From Nitrospinaceae bacterium (GTDB taxonomy: Bacteria > Nitrospinota > Nitrospinia > Nitrospinales > VA-1), in assembly GCA_029261515.1 (NCBI GenBank), contig JAJDBE010000104.1, positions 1-51,457 on the forward strand: a stretch of DNA of 51,457 nt, read 5' to 3'. A program made the position numbers and the translations under genes. The first letter of the stretch is position 1. Each line of letters starts with the position of its first letter. Of this stretch, positions 26,696 to 34,337 are shown piece by piece. Under the pieces are notes generated by a model. The model did no database searches. It was not told the origin of the DNA and was given only the letters and a program-made list of their open reading frames with translations.

Positions 26696-28102
26696 ATGAT
26701 ACCGATGATGAATTTAACTTCTCTCAAACAGGCCATGAAGAAACGCCCGCTTCGCTACACGGTCGTGCTGTCTGTCATTGTACATATGGCGGTCCTTGTT
26801 TTTTTCCAATCCTGGGAACTGCTTCCCATGAAGAAAAACGAAATCCCGAAAAATACCATTCGCATTAAAACCATTCAAAAACCCGAAGAAATCAAGCCCG
26901 CGGAAAAACAGATTGTCCGGGAAAAGAAAATTATGCATATAAAACCTCCTGAAAAACGTCAACCAGTGTTAAAATTTCAAGAGGTTATGACCAAAGCTCC
27001 ATTAGTAAAATCCGCAATGATTGACAAGCCCAGACACGTGCAGATGAAACAAAGAACTCCTGAAAACACCCTAAAGCCTGATTTCAAAATTCAACCTGTG
27101 GCGATATCCCAACCAGACGCGATCAGCCATCGTTTAAATAAAGTCCCATTGAAATCGCAAAAACTAAAATTTCTATCAGACACTCGACCCACTGCCATTT
27201 TCACAAAGCCCCATGCGAAACTTCCGCAAACGATTTCGCTTGCCGCCAAACAGCCCGCTAATTCGATTTTGACATTCCAAGCACAGAAAGCTCCCGTTCA
27301 GACGGCAATTCATTCTTATGCAATAGCACAAAACTTAAGCCCGCAAAAGGCCGTGCAACCGCAACGGGTTTTTGTAAAAATGGAATCCATCACAAAACCC
27401 TCTGTTGTCCGAATATCAAAATCAAAGGAACCCGAAAGAACCCAACCCGTCAACCCCGTTCAACCCAGCGACCTGCGACAACTTGCATCCGGTTCCACAA
27501 ACGCTCCGGTTTCTCAGAGGAAATCCGATTTTGCTACTTCAACACAAAAAATGACGGGGATCGAGGCGCGGTCCATTCAAGGTTTAACCAGCCAGTCACA
27601 AACGAAAATTAAGTCCGCATCCGCTGTCGTACCCGAAACAACCTCTTCCTCTGTTCGGCACATAGCGCCTTTACAAATGGCATCCATTCCGGCTGATTTT
27701 TCAGAAATCATTCCTGGCGCTGGAAAAGAGCCGGTTTCCGAACCGACCAATCCCAATGCAAACTCCACCGAAAACCTGCAAGAGAATTCTACTGAATTTC
27801 TGGGAGAAGCCCGGAAGCAGTTTTCGTCTCAGGTCTGGAACAGAATCGCCCAGTTCAAACACTATCCCAGAATTGCCAGAAACCGCGGATTTGAAGGGCA
27901 GCCGGTCGTCGCTTTCACGCTCGGCCATAACGGAGAACTCCTGGAAATTTCCGTTGAGCAACCCTCTCCTTTCAAATTACTGGATCAAGCCGCACTGAAA
28001 GCAGTCCGGGCGGCAAGCCCTTATCCTTCGATTCCCAAATCGCTTAATTTGCAATCCATTCGGTTTAAATTACCCGTATCCTTTATACTGGAGGAACCAT
28101 GA
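26696..28102 (+). CDS. TonB-family energy-transducer-like protein with unusually long linker
   Basis: The N-terminal TM anchor is LRYTVVLSVIVHMAVLVFF. About 330 aa of K/P/Q/S/T-rich linker follow. The C-terminal TonB domain is YPRIARNRGFEGQPVVAFTLGHNGELLEISVEQPSPFKLLDQAALKAVRAASPYPSIP. ATG 26696 is 4 nt after the cobO stop. Confidence 0.75.
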   Translation: MIPMMNLTSLKQAMKKRPLRYTVVLSVIVHMAVLVFFQSWELLPMKKNEIPKNTIRIKTIQKPEEIKPAEKQIVREKKIMHIKPPEKRQPVLKFQEVMTKAPLVKSAMIDKPRHVQMKQRTPENTLKPDFKIQPVAISQPDAISHRLNKVPLKSQKLKFLSDTRPTAIFTKPHAKLPQTISLAAKQPANSILTFQAQKAPVQTAIHSYAIAQNLSPQKAVQPQRVFVKMESITKPSVVRISKSKEPERTQPVNPVQPSDLRQLASGSTNAPVSQRKSDFATSTQKMTGIEARSIQGLTSQSQTKIKSASAVVPETTSSSVRHIAPLQMASIPADFSEIIPGAGKEPVSEPTNPNANSTENLQENSTEFLGEARKQFSSQVWNRIAQFKHYPRIARNRGFEGQPVVAFTLGHNGELLEISVEQPSPFKLLDQAALKAVRAASPYPSIPKSLNLQSIRFKLPVSFILEEP

Positions 28103-28830
28103 GAGCTAGAGTTTGGATAACCCTGTTTTTGTTCGTAGCGATTGGACTCCTGCCCTTTCCTGCCCGTGGTGAAATTCTTCAAATAGACAGCGACTTTGAC
28201 GGCAAGCTGGACCAGTGGCACGAATTGTCGGCGGATGGTCAAATCCTTAAAATCGAATATGATTCCAACGGCGACGGCAAGCTCGACCAGGTGGACATCT
28301 ACGAAGGCAACAAAAAACCTATTCTTGCCAAGCTCGACCGGAACTACGATGGCATCCTCGACCAATTTCAGTTTTACTCCAAAAATGGAGGATTGGAACG
28401 CGTCGAGAAAGATTCCAAATTCAGAGGCATGGTGGATTGGAAGGAATATTTTGATCCCAAGCAGAAATTGATGCGGATCGAAATGGATGAAAACCTCGAT
28501 GGCAACATGGACGTTTTCCACTTTCTCGATGAAAAGGGAAAGCTGGTTCGGGTGGAATACGACACCAATCACAGTGGGAAAATTGATCGCTGGGAATATT
28601 TTAAAGGAGATAAAGTCCTTCACTCCGCCGCCTTTGATGCCAATGAAGACGGCAAACAGGATCAATGGCAGTATTTCCTGGAGTCCACCAAACTTGAAAA
28701 AGTAGAGTTCGACACCAATGCGGACGGCAACGTCGACCGCTGGGAATTTTATAATCCTTCGGGGCAATTGCTCCGAGTGGAATTGGACCGCAATCACGAC
28801 GGCACAATGGATCTGGTAAAACGCAGATAA
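28099..28830 (+). CDS. Secreted protein made of nine 25-aa DxNxDGxxD (EF-hand/dockerin-like Ca-loop) repeats
   Basis: The signal peptide is MRARVWITLFLFVAIGLLPFPARG. After it come nine tandem units such as DSNGDGKLDQVDIYEGNKKPILAKL, DENLDGNMDVFHFLDEKGKLVRVEY and DTNADGNVDRWEFYNPSGQLLRVEL. The start overlaps the TonB-like stop as ATGA. Confidence 0.7.
   Translation: MRARVWITLFLFVAIGLLPFPARGEILQIDSDFDGKLDQWHELSADGQILKIEYDSNGDGKLDQVDIYEGNKKPILAKLDRNYDGILDQFQFYSKNGGLERVEKDSKFRGMVDWKEYFDPKQKLMRIEMDENLDGNMDVFHFLDEKGKLVRVEYDTNHSGKIDRWEYFKGDKVLHSAAFDANEDGKQDQWQYFLESTKLEKVEFDTNADGNVDRWEFYNPSGQLLRVELDRNHDGTMDLVKRR
28186..28827 (+). repeat. Coding tandem repeat, ~75-nt period, nine copies (protein-level conservation)
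   Basis: I aligned the units by eye from the translation. The consensus is D-x-[ND]-x-D-G-x-x-D-x-[WF]-x-[YF]...G-x-L-x-x-V-E. Confidence 0.8.
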
Positions 28831-28842
28831 CAGGAGTTCATC

Positions 28843-29226
28843 ATGTTTTTTTTTCGTTCGGGGATTTTACTTTTAGTTGTGTTTCTCGCGTCCTGCGCGC
28901 CGCAGCCAACCAAGGAAGTTCCCGCAGAGTTTAAGCTGGGGCAAAAATATTTCCACAAAACCTGTTCCAACTGTCATGGTTCGGACGCAATGGGCAAACA
29001 CACCCAGGCCCCCACGATCATCGACGCGGAATACATTGAACCAAACTTTACAGACGATGATTTCCGCGAAACCATCATCAACGGTGTCAACAAAATGCCT
29101 CCGCAGCGCAACAAGGTCAACGATGAGGAAATAAACGAAATCATCAAATACCTGCGTTACTCCCAGAAAGCCGCGGACCTTGTCGTGGAAGAAGACCCGG
29201 ACTCGGAAGAAATGCTTGAGGAATAG
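28843..29226 (+). CDS. Monohaem class I c-type cytochrome, lipoprotein
   Basis: The lipobox is VFLASC. The single haem motif is CSNCH, and the distal Met context is GVNKMPP. The tail is acidic. The protein is 127 aa. Confidence 0.8.
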   Translation: MFFFRSGILLLVVFLASCAPQPTKEVPAEFKLGQKYFHKTCSNCHGSDAMGKHTQAPTIIDAEYIEPNFTDDDFRETIINGVNKMPPQRNKVNDEEINEIIKYLRYSQKAADLVVEEDPDSEEMLEE

Positions 29227-29256
29227 GGAAAACGAAAAAGCCGGATTGAATAAGCA

Positions 29257-30318
29257 ATGACCGAAATAATCAAGCACACTCTCAATCAAATCCAGGCGGT
29301 TGATCCACGCAATCTGGAAATTGCCCAGGAACGCCTGGATATCCTGACAAAACCTCCCGGCAGTCTGGGACGCTTGGAAGAGTTCGCCCGCCGCTACGCC
29401 GCCATCAAGGGGACGGACTCTCCTCGGGTCCGCAACAAAACGGTTTTTGTTTTTGCCGCCGACCATGGGATCGTCGCCGAAGGAGTCAGCGCTTATCCTG
29501 CGGAGGTCACCCCGCAGATGGTGCAGAATTTTCTGAATGGCGGAGCGGCTATCAATGTCCTGGCGCAACATGCAGGAGCGGAGGTGGTCGTGGTCGATAT
29601 CGGCGTCAACTTCGATTTCGAAGCCTGCCCGAACCTGATTCACAGGAAAATCGCTCCCGGAACCCGCGACATGTCCAAGGAACCCGCCATGACCCGCCAA
29701 CAGGCGGAAGAAGCCTTGCAAACCGGCATCGAACTGGCCGGACAATGGGTAGAGAAGCAGACCGACATTTTTGCCACCGGCGACATGGGAATAGGCAACA
29801 CCACTGCCGCCGCCGCCATCATGTCTCTATATGGAAACAAAACCCCGCGCCAGGTCACCGGCAAGGGAACCGGCATCGATGAGGCCACGCTTTCCAGAAA
29901 AATCCAGCTAATTGAACAGGCCATCCGCATCAATCAGCCAGACCCGAAAGACCCAATCGATGTTCTTGCCAAAGTGGGCGGGTTCGAGATCGCCGGTATC
30001 GCCGGACTTATTCTAGGAGCGGCGGCCAACAAAACCCCCGTCGTCATCGACGGATTGATCTCCGGCGCCGCCGCCGTATGCGCCTGTCACATGAATTCCG
30101 CTATTCGGGATTACCTCTTCCCTTCGCACAAATCCCAGGAACCGGGGCATGATGTGTTTTTCCAGACTTTAGCTTCCCCTCCCCTGTTTGATTTCGGCAT
30201 GCGCCTGGGAGAAGGCACCGGAGCCGTTCTGGCTCTGAACATTCTCGAAGCGTCCGTAAAAATCTACTCCCAAATGGCCACCTTTAGAGAAGCGCACGTT
30301 TCCGCCAATGCCATTTAG
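29257..30318 (+). CDS. cobT: Nicotinate-nucleotide--dimethylbenzimidazole phosphoribosyltransferase
   Basis: LTKPPGSLGRLEE, FAADHG, GDMGIGNTT and MRLGEGTGA are canonical CobT motifs. Confidence 0.95.
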   Translation: MTEIIKHTLNQIQAVDPRNLEIAQERLDILTKPPGSLGRLEEFARRYAAIKGTDSPRVRNKTVFVFAADHGIVAEGVSAYPAEVTPQMVQNFLNGGAAINVLAQHAGAEVVVVDIGVNFDFEACPNLIHRKIAPGTRDMSKEPAMTRQQAEEALQTGIELAGQWVEKQTDIFATGDMGIGNTTAAAAIMSLYGNKTPRQVTGKGTGIDEATLSRKIQLIEQAIRINQPDPKDPIDVLAKVGGFEIAGIAGLILGAAANKTPVVIDGLISGAAAVCACHMNSAIRDYLFPSHKSQEPGHDVFFQTLASPPLFDFGMRLGEGTGAVLALNILEASVKIYSQMATFREAHVSANAI

Positions 30319-31240
30319 GTGCATGATGCAAAAATCCATCCTGATATTTTTTGCTTTTTGGTTTTGCATCCTCTTCCTGGCCAATCCAGTTTTTAGCTTC
30401 GACGACGATTCCACCGACGACACCCGCAGTCTCCTGGAAATCCGCACCATCTGTAACAACGGAAGAACCGTTATCGACAGCGACTTGAACCGGTCCTCCT
30501 GCCAAGGTGACAACGCCTATTTAAACCAACTGCAATCCGCCCTGTTCAAAAACGACAAGGAATTGATTCACAAGGATATTCTAGATTTTAAGATCGCCAG
30601 AAATGGAAACGTCTTTTACCGCACGGAAATCGGACCTTACCTTTATAGCGAACAGGGGCAACTCAACAGCAACGGAAGCATCGTCACCCTGTTTCTGGTT
30701 TCATCCTCCGGCGATGTCGTGTATCTCAACGACCGGGGCGACATTTTCAAAAACGGAGTGGAACTGAACCGAGGTCCCGCCAGAATTCCCGTGAGATTTG
30801 CAAAAATCAGGTTTCTCGGTGAAAGGATCATCCTTTTTCAAAATCCAGTGGTTTCGCGCAACGGAAAAGCCATTTACATCAACGATGCGGGGCAGTTGCT
30901 TGTGGATGGCAACCGCATCGATCCCAAAACAGGCAACGTCGTCGCGCTCCGGTTGAATTCCGAAGGCGATGTTTACTTCATCGACGATAACAACCGTCTC
31001 TACCGAAATACCCAACGACTGTTTGACGGACGATTTAGAATTCTTGAGTTTCAGCTCAGCAACACAGGTCAGGTCGCCTACCTGACCGATGCCATATCCA
31101 ACAACCTCTTCCTGGAGGACCAGGTCCTTTCCGCGGGATCACAAAAGGTGGTCCGCTTCAACTTTGACAGCTCCGGCGATATCATTTATCAGGATGAACT
31201 TGGCCGTCTCTGGAAAAACGGTCAACAGATCGGCTATTGA
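30308..31240 (+). CDS. Secreted hypothetical protein with about six degenerate ~35-40-aa blade-like repeats
   Basis: A signal-like N-terminus (MMQKSILIFFAFWFCILFLANPVFS) is present. Recurring units include SSSGDVVYLNDRGDIFKNGVEL, SRNGKAIYINDAGQLLVDGNRI, SEGDVYFIDDNNRLYRNTQRL and SSGDIIYQDELGRLWKNGQQI. The start could be ATG 30308 (11-nt overlap with cobT), 30323 or 30326. Confidence 0.6.
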   Translation: MPFRCMMQKSILIFFAFWFCILFLANPVFSFDDDSTDDTRSLLEIRTICNNGRTVIDSDLNRSSCQGDNAYLNQLQSALFKNDKELIHKDILDFKIARNGNVFYRTEIGPYLYSEQGQLNSNGSIVTLFLVSSSGDVVYLNDRGDIFKNGVELNRGPARIPVRFAKIRFLGERIILFQNPVVSRNGKAIYINDAGQLLVDGNRIDPKTGNVVALRLNSEGDVYFIDDNNRLYRNTQRLFDGRFRILEFQLSNTGQVAYLTDAISNNLFLEDQVLSAGSQKVVRFNFDSSGDIIYQDELGRLWKNGQQIGY

Positions 31241-31261
31241 ACTTCCCACCCCGTCCTTTTC

Positions 31262-31290
31262 TTGACAGAAACCCCGTTTTTGGCTAAATT
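31262..31290 (+). promoter_or_regulatory. Candidate sigma70 promoter (TTGACA-17 nt-TAAATT)
   Basis: A consensus -35 ttgaca is at 31262-31267 and taaatt is at 31285-31290. The track ORF begins at this very TTG, so I read it as a promoter element rather than a start codon. Confidence 0.45.
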
Positions 31291-31351
31291 GAACGGTTCT
31301 ATCAGCATCAATCAACCTATTAGAATTCCTGATTCCGGAGAAGAACACACC

Positions 31352-32593
31352 ATGTCCGATAAAGAAAGTTATATACAGTCCCTTTTTGCCGAGAGACTGG
31401 GGGGGAACCAGTTTGGCAAAGACACCAAAATTTATAAATTTGAAAAAATTAAACGCGCCAAACGCGCCGCCCTCGATGCCAACCCCGGTAAGGAGTTGTT
31501 CGACATGGGAGTGGGTGAGCCGGACGAAATGGCCTATCCCGGCGTCATCAAGTCTCTGCAACTCGAAGCGGAGAAACCCGAAAACCGCGGCTACACCGAT
31601 AACGGTGTCCAGGAATTCAAGGAAGCCGCAGTGACTTACATGAAAAACGTGTTCGCAGTCGATGGACTGGATGCGAACAAGCACGTGAACCACACCATCG
31701 GGTCCAAGCCCGGTCTGGCGATGGTTTCCGCAATCTATATCAACCCCGGCGACGTCACACTCATGACGGTTCCCGGTTACCCGGTCATGGGGACACATGC
31801 CCAGTTTTATGGAGGCGAGGTGGTCAACCTACCATTGACCGAGGACAATCATTTCCTTCCCGATCTCAAGAACATCGACCCCAAAACTATTGAGCGGACG
31901 AAACTGCTTTACCTCAACTACCCCAACAATCCGACAGGGGCCAACGCCACACGCGAGTTTTTTGCAGAAGCGGTGGAGTTTGCCAAAAAGAATAACATCG
32001 TGGTCATTCAGGATGCGGCGTATGCGGCGTTGACATACAACGACAGTCCCTTAAGCTTTCTTTCCGTACCGGGCGCGATGGATGTTGGCATTGAGTTTCA
32101 CTCCTTATCCAAGGCCTACAATATGACCGGGTGGCGCATCGCCTTCGCCGTCGGCAACGAACTCGTGATCAAAGGTCTCGCGCATGTGAAGGACAATATT
32201 GATTCCGGGCAGTTCGCCGCCATCCAGAAAGCCGGGGTTTACGCTTTGAATCATCCGGAGATCACCGAGGAAATCCGTGATAAATACAAGAGGCGGCTCG
32301 GCCTGATGGTGGACGCTCTCAACTCGGTAGGGTTCAACGCTGGCCTGCCGGGAGGTTCGTTTTTCCTGTACGTCAAAGCGCCCAAGGCAATCGCAGGCGG
32401 GCAGGAGTTTAAAAGCGCCGAGGACTTTTCCCAGTTCATGATAAAGGAAATGCTGATCTCCACCGTCCCGTGGGATGATGCGGGACCCTTCGTCCGTTTT
32501 TCCGCCACCTTTGCGGCAAACGGAGCCGAAGAGGAAAAACGCATCATGACGGAAATCAAGAAACGGCTGTCTTCGGTAAAATTCGTTTTTTAA
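31352..32593 (+). CDS. Class I/II PLP aminotransferase, LL-diaminopimelate aminotransferase-like
   Basis: DMGVGEPD, YPNNPTG and the PLP-Lys motif HSLSKAYNMTGWRIAF are present. The N-terminal FGKDTKIYKFEKIKRAK segment resembles DapL-type enzymes as I recall them. ATG 31352 has GGAGAAG upstream. Confidence 0.8.
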   Translation: MSDKESYIQSLFAERLGGNQFGKDTKIYKFEKIKRAKRAALDANPGKELFDMGVGEPDEMAYPGVIKSLQLEAEKPENRGYTDNGVQEFKEAAVTYMKNVFAVDGLDANKHVNHTIGSKPGLAMVSAIYINPGDVTLMTVPGYPVMGTHAQFYGGEVVNLPLTEDNHFLPDLKNIDPKTIERTKLLYLNYPNNPTGANATREFFAEAVEFAKKNNIVVIQDAAYAALTYNDSPLSFLSVPGAMDVGIEFHSLSKAYNMTGWRIAFAVGNELVIKGLAHVKDNIDSGQFAAIQKAGVYALNHPEITEEIRDKYKRRLGLMVDALNSVGFNAGLPGGSFFLYVKAPKAIAGGQEFKSAEDFSQFMIKEMLISTVPWDDAGPFVRFSATFAANGAEEEKRIMTEIKKRLSSVKFVF

Positions 32594-32658
32594 GTTTTGC
32601 AGTTTGAGGAAAATTTAAAACGCATCGGCAGACAGGCCTTACAGGATAAAATCACTAA

Positions 32659-33150
32659 ATGCCCAATATGGCCTATATAGGAATCGGTTCCAATCTGGGC
32701 GATCCCCTGGAAAACTGCCGGCGGTCGATCGCCCTGCTAGACAATCCCCCGGAAACGAAAGTTCTGACAAGTTCGTCGTTCTATAAAACCGAGCCTGTTG
32801 GCGAAGAGGATCAGGACTGGTTCATCAACGCTGTGGCCCAAATTGCCACCGAATTGGAACCGGAAGACTTACTGGATTCGCTGTTGCAGATTGAAACGGC
32901 GATGGGAAGAATCCGCGAGGAGAAATGGGGACCGCGCATCATCGATCTGGATTTGCTGTTATATGAGGACCGGGTTTTGAATTCCGATGCGCTTCAGGTT
33001 CCGCATCCTGAGATGACGCATCGGTGCTTCGTGCTGATGCCGTTATGCGAACTAGCGGCGGATCAGGCCCATCCCACAGCGGGGAAAACCATTCGCGAAC
33101 TGTTAGCGGAATTGCCGGAGGGCAAGCAGGTTCATCGAGTTTCCACCTGA
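32659..33150 (+). CDS. folK: 2-amino-4-hydroxy-6-hydroxymethyldihydropteridine diphosphokinase
   Basis: AYIGIGSNLGDP, FYKTEPVG, WGPRIIDLDLLLY, LQVPHPEM and RCFVLMPL are HPPK motifs. Confidence 0.92.
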   Translation: MPNMAYIGIGSNLGDPLENCRRSIALLDNPPETKVLTSSSFYKTEPVGEEDQDWFINAVAQIATELEPEDLLDSLLQIETAMGRIREEKWGPRIIDLDLLLYEDRVLNSDALQVPHPEMTHRCFVLMPLCELAADQAHPTAGKTIRELLAELPEGKQVHRVST

Positions 33151-34337
33151 GTCGCAGATTCCGGCTCAATCACTTCCATTGTTTCGATCGCGGCCTGCAT
33201 CAGTTCCTGCCAGGGAAACTTGTTTTCATCCCGCTCCAGTTTTTCAATCCGGCTTTTAGTGGCGGGACGCGGCGGCATGAAAATCGAGCAACAGTCCGGC
33301 TGTGGTTCGATGCTGATTTCATAGGTGCCGATCTTTCTTGCATGCGTGATGATCTCCTGCTTGTCCATCCCGATCAAGGGGCGGAACACGCTGATGGGAA
33401 CCACGCAGGACACGGCGGCCAGATTTTCGAGAGTCTGCGATGCCACCTGCCCCAGAGATTCTCCCGTCACCAGCCCCAGGTATTTATGCTTTTCCGCCAC
33501 TGCAAGAGCGATGCGGTACATCATCCTACGGTATAGAACCACCCGGTTTTCTGACGAGCAATGGTCGCGGATCGCCACCTGCATGTCCTGAAAGGGAACC
33601 ACATAGACATTGCCGCCTGTCTGGTAGCGGTTGAGGCTACGGGACAACCGGAGCACCTTGTCATATCCTCCACGACCGAGGAATGTTTGATTGTCAAAGA
33701 AGATGTAGTCAACTTTGCATCCGCGCCGCATCATCAAAAACGAAGATACGGGGCTGTCGATACCGCCTGAAAGCAAACTGAGCACAGAGCCTGAACTTCC
33801 CACCGGCAGTCCACGGATTCCCGCAACCCGATTATCGAACACCACGCATTCCTTGTGGCTGATTTCGATTTCCAGAACAAACTCCGCTTCATTGATATTG
33901 ACTGTCAGCCCTTTCGAAGCAAGCGCTCCCATGATGCGCGATCCCACTTCAAAGTTCACCTCCTGAGACGTTTTGTAAAATCCCTTGTCGGTCCGTTGCG
34001 TGCGGACGCAGAATTTCAGCTCTCCGCCTTCCTTTAAATGCGGTTCAATGAGCTGAACTCCCAGTGCCGCAAGTGCGTCAAAATCCGGCTGCATGGGAAA
34101 GCCAACACTGAACGAGGCCACTCCCGGAACAAAATGCAGCCGCCTCGCACACTCTTCTGCATGGGAAGCGGAAGTGTCGATCATCACCCGGCCCCGGGGC
34201 ATGCGAAAACGAATACCATGGATTCCCTGAAAAGCCTGCCGGATATTCTCGAGCAGACAGTTTTCGAAAAACCTCCGGTTGCGTCCTTTAAGACCGATCT
34301 CATCGTAGCGGATCAAAATGGTTCTGGCTTCGTTCAT
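33132..34337 (-). CDS. thiI: tRNA 4-thiouridine synthase ThiI (no rhodanese domain)
   Basis: ILIRYDEIGLKGRNRRFFE is the ferredoxin-like/THUMP region. The PP-loop is SLLSGGIDSPVS. ATG 34337 overlaps the upstream stop as ATGA, so I prefer it over the track start 34460. The 3' end overlaps folK convergently by 19 nt. Confidence 0.92.
   Translation of the reverse strand: MNEARTILIRYDEIGLKGRNRRFFENCLLENIRQAFQGIHGIRFRMPRGRVMIDTSASHAEECARRLHFVPGVASFSVGFPMQPDFDALAALGVQLIEPHLKEGGELKFCVRTQRTDKGFYKTSQEVNFEVGSRIMGALASKGLTVNINEAEFVLEIEISHKECVVFDNRVAGIRGLPVGSSGSVLSLLSGGIDSPVSSFLMMRRGCKVDYIFFDNQTFLGRGGYDKVLRLSRSLNRYQTGGNVYVVPFQDMQVAIRDHCSSENRVVLYRRMMYRIALAVAEKHKYLGLVTGESLGQVASQTLENLAAVSCVVPISVFRPLIGMDKQEIITHARKIGTYEISIEPQPDCCSIFMPPRPATKSRIEKLERDENKFPWQELMQAAIETMEVIEPESATQVETR

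Noticed and set aside
28021-28797. 258-aa minus-strand ORF antisense to the Ca-repeat gene.
   Set aside because: It is kept open only by the periodic codon pattern of the 75-nt repeats. The sense frame has a signal peptide, Ca-loop motifs and translational coupling to neighbours.
28873-29745. 290-aa minus-strand ORF antisense to cytochrome c and cobT.
   Set aside because: The plus-strand genes carry unambiguous CxxCH and CobT motifs. The antisense product has no motifs and a skewed composition.
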